DNA of 64,000 nt from Alphaproteobacteria bacterium (GCA_965200095.1 OZ241350.1:3100159-3164158), one strand, 5' to 3'. Shown: positions 18,945 through 29,255, counted from the stretch's first letter. The notes: generated by a model from the sequence alone, not told the origin. Translations and numbers: made by a program.

Positions 18945-20828
18945 TCAGCGCGGCGCCGACAGATCGACGAATTGCCGCAGCGTGTCGTGCGCGTGATAGG
19001 TGGGCCAGCGCCCGGCGGCGAGTTCGTCGAGCGAATCGGCGTGCTGGCCGAGGCGGAAGCGATAGATCCAGAGATTGGCGAGGACGCGGCGCACGAAGCG
19101 ACGGGTTTCCACGAACGGAATGCTTTCGAGGAACAGCAGCGGGTCGGGCTCGTCGAGGTCGCGCCGCCAGCCGGCGAGGCGCGACGGGCCGGCATTGTAG
19201 GCGGCGAACAGATAGACGAGGTTGCTGGAGACGGCCTTGCGGCCCATCAGGTGGTCGAGATAGCGCTGCCCCAGGGACAGGTTGAGGCCGGGCGCGAGCA
19301 AGGCGTCGGCGCCGCCCTTGCGGTAGTCGGTCTTGCCGTCCATCTCGCTCGCAGTGGCGGGCATGATCTGCAACAGGCCGCGGGCGCCGGCGGCGCTGCC
19401 GGCGGTCGGCTCGAACATCGATTCCTGGCGGGCGAGGGCGAAGATCAGCGCCCGGTCGATACGGAACCCGTCGTCGGGCCGCCAGCCGGGGACCGGGTAG
19501 AGGGCGCGGTCGTGCCGGCGCCCGTCGGCGACGGCGAGTTCGCTGCCGAGACGCAGCCCCACGGCATGGAGACCGAGTCGCTCGGCGAGCACGACGAGCG
19601 CGGAGATCGCTTCGGCGCCGACGCGCGGGTAGAGGGCGCGCAATTCGGCTTCGGCGCCGGCGGGGTAGCCGGCCTCGGCAAGGGCCATGGCGCGCCGCGC
19701 CGCCGGGCTGCGCTCGAGCAACCGCGCCGCCACCGCGCCGAGACGCGGCGGGTCCCAATCGAAGGCGGGGCGTTGTCCGAGCCGGCGCAGCGCCAGAAGA
19801 CCGTAAAGGGAGCGCGGGCTTTCGGCGGCGGCGCGCAACATGCGTTCGGCGGCTTCGGCGCGGCCGAGCGCCTCGTAGGCCCGCGCCGCCCAGAAGGCGC
19901 CGGACGCGGCGAACGGCGAAGAAGGCGGACGGGCCTCGGCGAGCGCCGAGAAATGCCGCGCCGCGGTGCGCGGATCGTCCCGCCGCCACGCCGCCAGCCC
20001 GGCGATCCAGTGCGCGTCGGGCACGAGGTTGCCGGAGCGCTTCGCGGCGGGCGCGGCGAGCCGCACCGCCGCATCGTCGCCGCCGGCCGCGAACCAGGCG
20101 CGCGCAATGCGCGCCGCCAGCGCGTCGCTTTCCGCCGCGGTGAGCCAGCGCCGCGCGGGCGACGCGGCGAACGCCGCTTCGGCGGCGGCCGGGTCGTCCC
20201 GATTCGCGGCGCCGTGAACGGCGAGGCGCAGCGCCTCCACCGCCGCGCGCTCCTTCCTGCCGAGATCGCGCGACGGCAAGGGCGGCGGCGGGTCGGGCGC
20301 GGGCACGCCGTGTCCGACCAGGGCGTCGTCATAGGGCGGCCGGGGCGGCATGACGGCGCCGTCGGGCCGGCGCCGCTGCGCCAGGCGCCAGATGCGGGCG
20401 GCGCCGGGATGATCGGCCCAGACGCGCAGCCAGCCCGCCAGCTCGTCGAAACTCGACCGCCACGCGGTGGGGTGCATGTAACGCTGGAAGAGCACATGTC
20501 CCACGAGCAGCGGATCCGAAACCGTGGCGACGACGCGGTCCGCGCGCGCCCAGTCGCCCGCTCGCTGCGCCGCGAAGACCTGCCGGTAGCGTTCGGCGTC
20601 CGCCGGGTCGAGGATTCGGGGCAGGGGGACGACCGGGTCCGCCCATGCCCGCGGGTCGGTGAGACGGGCGACCCGCAGCGGCGCGTCCGGCTCTGCCCCG
20701 GCCCCGGCGGCGGAGACGTCGGCGGAGTCGGCGCGCGCGCAGCCGACCGGGCCCAGACCGACGACCGCCGCGAGCGCCGCCGCGCCCATAACGGCGGCGC
20801 TGCGCGCGCGCGGCGTCGCCCGCTTCAT
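18945..20828 (-). CDS. Soluble lytic transglycosylase (Slt domain)
   Basis: Signal peptide, TPR-like helices, RQES.F, GLLQIMP.TA, AYNAGP, ESIP..ETR..V. Confidence 0.9.
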   Translation of the reverse strand: MKRATPRARSAAVMGAAALAAVVGLGPVGCARADSADVSAAGAGAEPDAPLRVARLTDPRAWADPVVPLPRILDPADAERYRQVFAAQRAGDWARADRVVATVSDPLLVGHVLFQRYMHPTAWRSSFDELAGWLRVWADHPGAARIWRLAQRRRPDGAVMPPRPPYDDALVGHGVPAPDPPPPLPSRDLGRKERAAVEALRLAVHGAANRDDPAAAEAAFAASPARRWLTAAESDALAARIARAWFAAGGDDAAVRLAAPAAKRSGNLVPDAHWIAGLAAWRRDDPRTAARHFSALAEARPPSSPFAASGAFWAARAYEALGRAEAAERMLRAAAESPRSLYGLLALRRLGQRPAFDWDPPRLGAVAARLLERSPAARRAMALAEAGYPAGAEAELRALYPRVGAEAISALVVLAERLGLHAVGLRLGSELAVADGRRHDRALYPVPGWRPDDGFRIDRALIFALARQESMFEPTAGSAAGARGLLQIMPATASEMDGKTDYRKGGADALLAPGLNLSLGQRYLDHLMGRKAVSSNLVYLFAAYNAGPSRLAGWRRDLDEPDPLLFLESIPFVETRRFVRRVLANLWIYRFRLGQHADSLDELAAGRWPTYHAHDTLRQFVDLSAPR

Positions 20829-20931
20829 CGCTTCCCTCCCCATCGCATGGGAACAACATAGGCCGTCCGCGGCGGTAGCGCCAGCCGCCCGGCGCACGGC
20901 AGACATGCGCAAGGCGACCGCGGGAGCGGGG

Positions 20932-21729
20932 TCAGCGGCCCAGGTGGTCGCGAATCGCCAGCAGATCGCTCCACGCCAGGCGCTTGTGCGCCGGCTGGCG
21001 AAGCAGATAGGCGGGGTGGAACAGGGCGGCGGCGGCGACGCCGTCGGGGTCATCGGGAGGGAAACGGAACCAGCGGCCGCGCAGCCGGGTGATCCCGGCG
21101 GTCCGGTCGAGGAGATTCTTCGCGGCGACGCCGCCGACGCAGACGAGCACGCGGGGCCGGACCAGCGCGATGTGCCGATCGACGAAGGGCCGGCACAGGG
21201 CGATCTCCTCGGCGGAGGGCGCGCGGTTTCCCGGAGGACGCCAGAACAGCATGTTGGCGATGCGCGCCGTGCTCCGGTCGCGCCCGATCGCCGCGAGCAT
21301 GAGGTCGAGCAGGCGCCCCGCCGGGCCGACGAAGGGCAGCCCGCGACGGTCCTCCTCGGCGCCGGGCGCTTCCCCGACGAGCATCAGGTCGGCGTCCGGG
21401 GCGCCGTCGGCGAACACCGTGTTCCGGGCGGTGCTCTTGAGCGCGCAGCCGTCGAAGGCGGCGACCGCCGCGGCGAGGGCGGCGACATCCGCGGCGGCGG
21501 CGGCGGCGGCGCGGGCTTCCTCGATCAGCGTCTCGGTGGGGACCAGGGCGGGTTCCGCCGCGCGCCGGGGCGGGGCGGGGCGGGGCCGCGGCGGCGCGAC
21601 CGGCGCCGGGATTTCGGGCGTCGCGAAACGGTTGCGCGGGGTCTCGTCGACGGCTTCGTCGGCGCCCATCGCGACGAGCCAGCGCAGCGCCGCGGCGTCC
21701 TCTCCCGCCGGGGGACGCGCTGGCGTCAT
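20932..21729 (-). CDS. Uracil-DNA glycosylase family 4
   Basis: GEAPG..ED..G.PFVG.AG, WRPPGNR.P, HPAYLLR. Confidence 0.92.
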   Translation of the reverse strand: MTPARPPAGEDAAALRWLVAMGADEAVDETPRNRFATPEIPAPVAPPRPRPAPPRRAAEPALVPTETLIEEARAAAAAAADVAALAAAVAAFDGCALKSTARNTVFADGAPDADLMLVGEAPGAEEDRRGLPFVGPAGRLLDLMLAAIGRDRSTARIANMLFWRPPGNRAPSAEEIALCRPFVDRHIALVRPRVLVCVGGVAAKNLLDRTAGITRLRGRWFRFPPDDPDGVAAAALFHPAYLLRQPAHKRLAWSDLLAIRDHLGR

Positions 21730-21736
21730 GCGGGGA

Positions 21737-21931
21737 TCAGATACGACGCCAGGAAAGCGGTTTGCCGCTCGGGTCCCTGACCAGCGCGCCCTTGTCGTCC
21801 TGCGCCGCGACGTAACGCCCGTGGCCGACGAGGGAGCCGACATAGAGCACGGGCTTGACCGTCTTGCCGTCGAATTGCTTTTCGGCGCCGCTGCCCCTAC
21901 TGCGCCGCGCCGGGTTGTTTCTGCTCGCCAT
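21737..21931 (-). CDS. Small basic hypothetical protein (64 aa)
   Basis: GGAG..ATG; natural-looking sequence KQFDGKTVKPVLYVG..VGHGRYVAAQ..KG.LVRD..GKPL.W; stop 8 nt before udg start. Confidence 0.6.
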   Translation of the reverse strand: MASRNNPARRSRGSGAEKQFDGKTVKPVLYVGSLVGHGRYVAAQDDKGALVRDPSGKPLSWRRI

Positions 21932-22197
21932 TGTTTCCGCTCCGGGCGGTTTGTCGTCCGCGGCGCCGGCGCCCCGGCGCAGGCCGCAACCATAGCGCGA
22001 GCGCGCCGCAGCGGTCAAGCGCGTGTACTGGTTCCCGACCGACGGTCTGCGCGCGGCCGCCGCATTCGCGTTGACAGCCCATGGGCCGATGCGGATACTC
22101 CTCACTATGGCCAGTCTGGCATGCTACTGGCTGCCGGGTCCGCCGGTTTTGCGCGAATTGAAGCGGGCGTCGGCGCACTAATGTTGGAATCGGGAAT

Positions 22198-24411
22198 TTG
22201 CTCATGCCCATTTTCGACTACCCCGGACGCCTCGCCGTGGCGGTCCGACCGATCCGCGCGATAGCGCGCCGGTATTGGTATGCACTGGCGTGCGCCTGCC
22301 TGATCGTAACGGCGGCAGTGTTACGCCTTTATGGGTTATCGGATCATTTCCTTTGGTATGACGAGATCCAGGCGGCAAACAATTCGGCATACACCCTCTC
22401 GGATACGTTGGCAGATACGCGCAACCACAATTCGAGCCCCATAATTTACCCTGTTTTGCTGTGGATTGTACAAAAAATCAACGTTTCCGCCTTCAGCCTT
22501 CGCCTGACGCCCGCGGTCGCGAGTATCCTCGTGGTTGCAGCGCTTCTTCTCTTGTTGCCGCGGGTGGGCGTCGATCGCATGGTCGCATTCTTTTCCGCAC
22601 TCCTCGCGACCGTTTCCGTTTCAGCCATAAAACACGCCCAGGACGTCAGGGAGTACTCGGTCGACGCTTTCGTTGCTACACTAATGATCGCAGGCTTGCT
22701 GGCGTTTTTGAAGGACGGCCGTAAATTTCTTCTTTGTGCATCTCTGTTTGTCGCGCCGCTGATTCAGTACGGATTGGTCTTTTTTGGCGTTGCCGTTATC
22801 GCGACTGCAGTCACGATACAAACGATTGCGCTACTGCAAGAGAGCCCTTTGCGAGGAGATTGGATCGCGGCGCTCTTCCGCATATGCAACCGTCTTTTTC
22901 TACCCGCCCTTTTCTTCTCCCTGGCCTGTGTTACGAGTTATGCGCTCACTTTTTATCACCAATGGACCATTAAAGGTTTCTCCCGCATGATATCCTCCGA
23001 TATTGTTTATGGATTGGATACATATTCGGGCGTCTATAGCGACGTTCTGTCGATTTTGGAGTTTTTCGCATACAGAACGGCTTTGTTCATGCAGTTCCAT
23101 TTGCCGGAGACCGTCGCTATATTCATTGTCATGCTGCTGATCGGCGCCGCTCTCCTGCACGCTGCCCGGGGGCGGATTCGCTGGACAGCTATTCCCACAT
23201 TATTCGTCTTCTCCATTGCAGGTGCGGTGTTGGCCGGCCTATTTAAATTATATCCCTTCGGCTCTATCCGTCAGACAATGTATCTATCCCCGATTCTTTT
23301 TCTGATTGCTGGGCACTCGTTGCATTCTATACTCGGTATCCGTTACGCTTTCGTGCGCAGGGGATGTGCAATTTTGCTTGCCGGATTCATTATACTGGCT
23401 GGAGCAAACAATATTCTGGCAAGCGGAGTCCTCAAAAAAAGCAATGGACAACATGACCAGGAGCGCTATTTCAATGGAATGCTGGGTATGTTGGAGCGCA
23501 CACCTGAAAGCGATGCGATCTGGTTGGCCGGCGATTATCGCACCCAACAATTCCTTTTCTTTTATTACAGAAAGCACTACGCTGTGCGCAATAGGGGTGT
23601 TTTTATTTCTGAGGACAAGAGACCGGAGTCGGGGATGTTCAGGTTTCGCCAGGGAGATTGCAATCTGCTCGTAGAGACTATTGAAGAGTGTTTGCAGAAA
23701 TACTCCCGGGATTTCTTTCCGGGGACATCGCGCCCGCTGCACCGGAGGATAGACCGACTGTGGATTATTACCGACATACCGTTCACACCTTGGCGCCATC
23801 AAAAATTATTAGCCGCCGTTAATCGGGACGGTGCGACGCCGCGTGAAATTCCGCTAACGTCTCGAAATGCAAGCGGACTGCCGGTCGATGTACGATTTGT
23901 GTACACACATAGGGAATCGATGAGTTCATCGGTTTTGACGCCGTATAAGCTTGTATCACTGGTCAGGGTTGAGAATTTCGACCGGTTTTACGAACCGACG
24001 CTTGAGCGGCTGCTGCACATTGGTGACTCCGACCGAATTCTGATCCGGTCGTTATTCGACGTATATATCCGCCATGGACGCCGATTGATTTATGTTAAGG
24101 AACCGTGTAGCGCCGAAGATACGCGGCAGCATTTCGATCTCTTCATTTATCCCGATCGCCTGGATGATCTCAACGCCGGCCGCAGGGAGAAGGGCTTTGA
24201 ATCTTTCTATTTCCGTTTTGGGCGCCACGGCGTGCGGTACCGGAGTCGCTGCGTCGCGGCGGTCGACTTGCCCGAATACGACATCGATCGAATCCGTACC
24301 GGTCAGTATTTCAGACGAGTTATTGGCTCCGAAAGGGAAACCGTGCGCGTATGGGAGGGCGATGCTATTTTTCCCGACTCGCTCGCCGGCATTCGTCCCG
24401 ACGATGGATGA
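22198..24411 (+). CDS. Multi-pass membrane GT-C-like glycosyltransferase (PMT/ArnT-like) with an extracytoplasmic C-terminal domain
   Basis: LR......LWYDE motif after TM1, R.YS motif, ~11-12 hydrophobic helices; visibly lower GC than flanks. Confidence 0.65.
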   Translation: MLMPIFDYPGRLAVAVRPIRAIARRYWYALACACLIVTAAVLRLYGLSDHFLWYDEIQAANNSAYTLSDTLADTRNHNSSPIIYPVLLWIVQKINVSAFSLRLTPAVASILVVAALLLLLPRVGVDRMVAFFSALLATVSVSAIKHAQDVREYSVDAFVATLMIAGLLAFLKDGRKFLLCASLFVAPLIQYGLVFFGVAVIATAVTIQTIALLQESPLRGDWIAALFRICNRLFLPALFFSLACVTSYALTFYHQWTIKGFSRMISSDIVYGLDTYSGVYSDVLSILEFFAYRTALFMQFHLPETVAIFIVMLLIGAALLHAARGRIRWTAIPTLFVFSIAGAVLAGLFKLYPFGSIRQTMYLSPILFLIAGHSLHSILGIRYAFVRRGCAILLAGFIILAGANNILASGVLKKSNGQHDQERYFNGMLGMLERTPESDAIWLAGDYRTQQFLFFYYRKHYAVRNRGVFISEDKRPESGMFRFRQGDCNLLVETIEECLQKYSRDFFPGTSRPLHRRIDRLWIITDIPFTPWRHQKLLAAVNRDGATPREIPLTSRNASGLPVDVRFVYTHRESMSSSVLTPYKLVSLVRVENFDRFYEPTLERLLHIGDSDRILIRSLFDVYIRHGRRLIYVKEPCSAEDTRQHFDLFIYPDRLDDLNAGRREKGFESFYFRFGRHGVRYRSRCVAAVDLPEYDIDRIRTGQYFRRVIGSERETVRVWEGDAIFPDSLAGIRPDDG

Positions 24412-24450
24412 ATGTCAGCCGGCGTCGGAAGGCGACAGGGAGTCCGGCCT

Positions 24451-25833
24451 ATGAGTATTCCGCCCCGCCAGCGGACGGCGGTCATAGGAGCAGGTTTCTG
24501 CGGCCTCGCGGCTGCCTGGGAACTCGCCCGGCGCGGGCTGCGGGTCGTTGTCCTGGAAGAAGAGGAGGAAATCGGCGGACTTGCGGGAAGCTTCCACGCG
24601 GGCGGGGCGCGCCTCGAGAAATTCTACCACCACTGGTTTGCCAGTGACGATGAAGTGATCCGCATGGTTGCAGAGTTGGGCGTGTCCGATCGCGTGACGT
24701 ATCGTCCAACGCGCACAGGAATGTATTACAAACACGATTTTTTTAATTTATCGTCCCCTTTGGATCTACTGCGTTTTCGACCGCTGCCGTTTGCCGACCG
24801 CGTCCGGCTCGGCCTGCTGGCGCTACGGGCGCGCAGGGTGCGCGACTGGCGGTCGCTGGAAGATCGCACCGCTGCAGACTGGCTTCGCGAACTGGGTGGG
24901 GAGCGCGTCTGGCGTGTGGTGTGGGAGCCGCTTCTCCGCGGCAAGTTCGGACCTCTGGCGGAGGAGGTGGCGGCCGTCTGGTTCTGGAACAAACTTAAAT
25001 TGCGCGGCGGCAGCCGCGGCCAGGGGGGAGGGGAGCGCCTCGCCTATTACCGGGGCGGTTTCGCCGCTTTGGCCGAAGCGCTCGCCGATGCGATACGCGC
25101 CCGGGGGGGAGAGATACTGACCGGATGTTCCGCGATTGGGTTGCAAGTGGAGGCCGGGCGCGTGACGGGGGTCGCCACGCCTGACGGGGTGCGGAAGGTC
25201 AACGGCGCGATCGCGACTCCCGCATTGCCGATCATCGCCGATCTGGTCGCGCCCCATGCGTCGCGCGCCTGGGTGGACAAGCTGCGGGACATCCGCTACC
25301 TTGCCAACGTGTGCGTGGTCCTTGAGCTGGATAGAAGCCTTTCGGAGATCTACTGGCTGAATGTCAACGACCCGGATTTTCCTTTCGTCGGAGTGATTGA
25401 GCATACGAATTTCGAGCCGGCATCGACCTATTCGGGCCGGCATATCGTGTATCTCTCTCGATATCTTCCGGAAAGCGACGCGATGTGGCGAATGTCGGAG
25501 CGCGAGGTGATCGCTTTCACGCTCGGACATCTGCGTCGGATGTTTCCCGACCTGACCGATAAGCATGTTCTGACCGCTCACGTTTGGCGCGCGCGCTACG
25601 CACAACCCGTGGTGGATCGGGGCTACCGTCGGCGCATTCCCGGCCGGCGAACCCCGATAGAGAACTTGTATCTGGCGACGATGGCGCAGATCTATCCGCA
25701 GGACCGCGGCACTAACTACGCGATCCGGCAAGGCCGGGACGCCGCCCGCGAACTCGCAGAGGCCCTGGGCGCCGGTTTTCACGGCAACCATCGCACCGGA
25801 AGGGATTCGAGTGTCTCCCGCAACAGGGTTTGA
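24451..25833 (+). CDS. FAD-dependent oxidoreductase (amine oxidase/HemY-like, often in glycosylation clusters)
   Basis: GAGFCGLAAA, GGLAG, LEKFYHH, YWLN...FPF.G.IEHTN, AQPV, YP.DRG.N. Confidence 0.85.
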   Translation: MSIPPRQRTAVIGAGFCGLAAAWELARRGLRVVVLEEEEEIGGLAGSFHAGGARLEKFYHHWFASDDEVIRMVAELGVSDRVTYRPTRTGMYYKHDFFNLSSPLDLLRFRPLPFADRVRLGLLALRARRVRDWRSLEDRTAADWLRELGGERVWRVVWEPLLRGKFGPLAEEVAAVWFWNKLKLRGGSRGQGGGERLAYYRGGFAALAEALADAIRARGGEILTGCSAIGLQVEAGRVTGVATPDGVRKVNGAIATPALPIIADLVAPHASRAWVDKLRDIRYLANVCVVLELDRSLSEIYWLNVNDPDFPFVGVIEHTNFEPASTYSGRHIVYLSRYLPESDAMWRMSEREVIAFTLGHLRRMFPDLTDKHVLTAHVWRARYAQPVVDRGYRRRIPGRRTPIENLYLATMAQIYPQDRGTNYAIRQGRDAARELAEALGAGFHGNHRTGRDSSVSRNRV

Positions 25834-25965
25834 ACCGACACCCGCGCTCCGGGTGAAAATATCCACATTTGGGAATCTTGATCGATCCACTGCCTTGAGA
25901 GGAACTTGCCTCTCAGAGCCGTTTACCGTTCGCCTGGAGAGCGTTCGTTGCGTTTGCCCGGTGCG

Positions 25966-26289
25966 TCATTTCCCACCGGCGAGGAAATCCACGATCTCTC
26001 GCGCCTGGTTTTCGGAAATTCCGGTATTCGGCATCCGGCTGCCCGGAGCAAATTCCTCCGGGGCTGTCAGAAACGCCACAAGGCTTTCTTTAGTCCAGAT
26101 TTCGGCAAGATTATCGAACGCGGCCGAAAAATCGTAGCCGGCGACCGCGCCGGCGCGACGCCCGACCGCGCCGACAAGGTGAGGACCGACATTGTGCTGC
26201 CGGTCGCGCACACGGTGGCAGCGCGCGCAATGGTCGGCGAACAGCGCGACGTCGCTGGCGCGCAGCGGCGATACATTGTTGAACGCCAT
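25966..26289 (-). pseudogene. Class I cytochrome c (c2-like) domain, probably a truncated remnant
   Basis: CARCH heme motif, GPHL.G..GR.AG....Y.FS, W....L..FL..P....PGSRM; no signal peptide. Confidence 0.6.
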
Positions 26290-26588
26290 GCTCGCGAGAA
26301 AGGGGCGGACACAGGCCCCGAACGGCAGCGCCGCGCCAGAGCAGCCAGCCGAACGCCGCCGCGGCCGCCAAACCCGCCGCCCCTTTCAGAAATCTCGCGT
26401 GCGACCAAGGGGAGATCGCTCCGTTTCGAGAGGGCGCATGGCGGCCGTTGTTCCGACGCACGGAAGGGCGCAACCTATCCTACGACTCGCCGCTGCGCCG
26501 GGCCCGCTCGCCGCAGCCGCCTTTCGGCGGGCGACGACCTTCCGCGGGGGGCGAGTATCCGATCCGTTCCTTCACCAGGTAAAGCGGC

Positions 26589-27737
26589 TGTACTGGTTCA
26601 CGACATATGAGACGTGGGGCGGTCGGTGGGGGTCTCGTTTGCTGTGAGGGATTGAAGGTATTGAGCGGGGGTGCGGTTGTCGAGGGCCTGGTGGGGTCGG
26701 AAGTTGTTGAACTCGTCGGCGAAGGCGTCGACCCAGCGGTTGATTCGGTTGAGGTCGTTGTCGGGGAGGTCCCATGTTGCGTAGAACTCATATCGCCATG
26801 CGCCGTTGTTGCGTTCGACGGAGCCGTTGAGTTTGGGGGATCGGGGCGGGAGTTCGAAGAGGTCGATTCCCCTGCTTTGGCATTCGCGTTCGAAGTCGGC
26901 TTTGAACTCGGCGCCGCCATCGACCTGGATGGCTCGGATGGGGAAGGGCATGTCTTCCTGGAGTTTGTCGAGGAAGCGTTTGGCGTTGTGAGCGGTTGCG
27001 CGCCTCCAGGCTTGCGCGCATGTCCAGCGGGTGACGGGGTCGTATGCGGTGAACTGCTTGATGGTCGGTCGCCCTGCGGTCCGGGTTATGGAGAGGGTGT
27101 CGAGCTGGACGATTTCTCCGGGTTGGGAGGGTTTGCATCCTTTGGGCAGGCGCGTGGCCCAGGGGCGTTTTCGTCGTGCGGCGCGGGGGGCGTTTCGGCG
27201 GAGGTCGGGGACGGGGAAGACGTGTCATTTTTCGACGAGGGTTTTGAGGATGCGGCCCACCGTGCTTTCGCTGGCGTCGAAGCCCTGGCGTTGGATGAGG
27301 ACGGCGATTTTGGCCTTTCCCCACATGGGATAGTCGTTGCGGGCCTCGCGCACGGCCGCGACCAGCGCCGGCGCCCATTGCGCCCGGCGCACGCGGCGGG
27401 GGCGGCGCGAGAACGGTTCGAGGCGTCCGCGTTCGGCGCGTTTTCGCCAGCGGTAGAGGGTCGACAGGGGCACTCCGACCGCAGCCGCCGCCGAGCGGGC
27501 GTTCAGGCCGTCCGCGCGGGCCTGCTTCCAGCGTTCGATGGCGTCGCGTCTGTGCGCCCCTTCGCTACGCTCAGCGGCGCACAGACGCGACGCCAGGCGT
27601 GCTCCTTGTGTAATCTGTCTCGGCAGGCCGACAACCTGCATGGGGGCCTCCGTCGGCTGTTTCGTCACACCAAACAGCTTCGGAGACCCCCACCCCGCCT
27701 GCAAGCCTCCCCCCTCACATGTGTCTGAACCAGATCA
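26589..27737 (-). mobile_element. IS481-family insertion sequence
   Basis: Imperfect terminal IRs TGTACTGGTTCACGACATATGAG / TGATCTGGTTCAGACACATGTGAG flanking an HTH+rve transposase. Confidence 0.8.
26598..27641 (-). pseudogene. IS481 transposase with in-frame TGA at 27225-27227
   Basis: HTH (STLYRW), PMWG..KI, then ..LVEK*HVFP..PGEIVQLDT..IQVDGG.EF..PP.SPKLNG.VER..N..RPHQAL, all in one frame. Confidence 0.85.
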
Positions 27738-27747
27738 CGCCGCAATA

Positions 27748-27823
27748 GATTCCCGCTTTCGCGGGAATGACAAATATTTGCAAGGCTGTTCGATTTCTTC
27801 ACATGCTCTTTCGCGGGAATGAC
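27748..27823. repeat. REP-like palindromes (one full, one partial)
   Basis: GATTCCCGCTTTCGCGGGAATGAC at 27748-27771 (ATTCCC-N8-GGGAAT) and CTTTCGCGGGAATGAC at 27808-27823. Confidence 0.7.
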
Positions 27824-28128
27824 GAGGAAGAAAATCAGATTTATCGTGAGAAACACCCCGGTTTCGACTGCGTAGACCGTTCCGGTGCGCAGCGTTCACC
27901 CATGTCGGTGGATTTTTACACGAACCTTCGCGGAACGAATACGCCGGAACGACGACAATCCGGCTCGAATCGAAGCGCCCGTCCATCCTGTCGACGTCTT
28001 GCAACGCCGCCGGAAATCCGGGCTTCATGCAGAGGGCTCGTTTTATTGAATCGCCCTGCGGCGAGAGCTCTCCGGTAATGCGCGCCGGGTCGGAGAATGG
28101 GGTGGGCGCCGATTCGGGCGGCGCGGGA

Positions 28129-28620
28129 CTATTCGGCGGCGGCGGCTGCGGCGTCGGCCGGGCGCATCGTGAGTTCGGGGAACGGGCGTCCGAGGGCGCC
28201 GGCCACTGTGCCTTCGGTGCGCGCCATGCGTTCGTTGATGCGCGACAGGTCGGCCCGCGCGGCGTGCAGTTCGGCGCGCAGTTCGGCGTCCAGTCCGTCC
28301 ATGCGCTCGCGCAACTCGTTCTGCGCGGCTTCGATGCGCATCAGGCGCTCACCGTGCGCCGACAGCGCCGCGCCGTGTTCGGCTTGCGTCGCCTTGATGC
28401 GCGTCAGGCGTTCGCCCTGTTCGGAAAGCATTGCGCTGTGCGCCGACAGCATTGCGCCGTGCGCGGACAGCGCCGCGCCGTGTTCAGCTTGCGTCGCCTC
28501 GATGCGGTCCATGCGCTCGTCAAGGCGGTCCATGCGTCCGCCCATGTCGATGCGCAGCCACGCCACGAGCGTCACCATCAACGCCGCAAGGCCGATGAAG
28601 CCTGCCAGGTCCGGGTCCAT
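28129..28620 (-). CDS. Membrane-anchored coiled-coil protein with 7-aa repeats, copy 1
   Basis: GGAG RBS, N-terminal TM helix, heptads AEHGAAL/SAHGAML/SEQGERL. Confidence 0.75.
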   Translation of the reverse strand: MDPDLAGFIGLAALMVTLVAWLRIDMGGRMDRLDERMDRIEATQAEHGAALSAHGAMLSAHSAMLSEQGERLTRIKATQAEHGAALSAHGERLMRIEAAQNELRERMDGLDAELRAELHAARADLSRINERMARTEGTVAGALGRPFPELTMRPADAAAAAAE

Positions 28621-28665
28621 GCCGGTCTCCGTTCGCAGCCCGCGCGACGGGGCGGACGACGGCGG

Positions 28666-28694
28666 AGCATAGGGGGCGGGGCGTCGTCCCGCAA
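28666..28694 (-). promoter_or_regulatory. Putative sigma70 promoter of copy 1
   Basis: TTGCGG-17 nt-TATGCT on the minus strand. Confidence 0.5.
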
Positions 28695-28716
28695 CTTGTT
28701 GCCGGGCGGCGCGGGG

Positions 28717-29181
28717 CTATTCGGCGGCTGCGGCGTCGGCGGGGCGCATCGTGAGTTCGGGGAAGGGGCGTCCGAGGGCGCCGGCCACTGTGCCTTCGGT
28801 GCGCGCCATGCGTTCGTTGATGCGCGACAGGTCGGCGCGCGCCGCGTGCAGTTCGGCGCGCAGTTCGGCGTCCAGTCCGTCCATGCGCTCGCGCAACTCG
28901 TTCTGCGCGGCTTCGATGCGTATCAGGCGTTCGCCGTGCGCCGACAGCATTGCGCCGTGTTCGGCCAGCGTCGCCTCGACGCGCGTCAGGCGTTCGCCCT
29001 GTTCGGTTTGCACAGCCTCGATGCGCGCCAAGCGTTCGCCGTGTTCGGACAGCGTCGCCTCGATGCGGTCCATGCGCTCGTCGAGGCGGTCCATGCGTCC
29101 GCCCATGTCGATGCGCAGCCACGCCACGAGCGTCACCATCAACGCCGCAAGGCCGATGAAGCCTGCCAGGTCCGGGTCCAT
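28717..29181 (-). CDS. Membrane-anchored coiled-coil protein with 7-aa repeats, copy 2
   Basis: N- and C-termini near-identical to copy 1; one fewer and reshuffled heptads. Confidence 0.75.
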   Translation of the reverse strand: MDPDLAGFIGLAALMVTLVAWLRIDMGGRMDRLDERMDRIEATLSEHGERLARIEAVQTEQGERLTRVEATLAEHGAMLSAHGERLIRIEAAQNELRERMDGLDAELRAELHAARADLSRINERMARTEGTVAGALGRPFPELTMRPADAAAAE

Positions 29182-29226
29182 GCCGGTCTCCGTTCGCCGT
29201 CCGCGCGACGGGGCGGACGACGGCGG

Positions 29227-29255
29227 AGCATAGGGGGCGGGACGCCGTCCCGCAA
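29227..29255 (-). promoter_or_regulatory. Putative sigma70 promoter of copy 2 with overlapping palindrome
   Basis: TTGCGG-17 nt-TATGCT; perfect GCGGGACG-C-CGTCCCGC at 29237-29253. Confidence 0.5.

Noticed and set aside
6094-21780. Long Arg/Ala/Gly-rich alternative-frame ORFs (e.g. 8205-11132, 11333-14815, 18972-20861)
   Set aside because: High-GC shadow ORFs overlapping well-supported genes, with no domain motifs
27225-27227. In-frame TGA in the IS481 transposase as selenocysteine or programmed readthrough
   Set aside because: Linker position with no catalytic Cys role and no evident SECIS; a simple nonsense mutation is more likely
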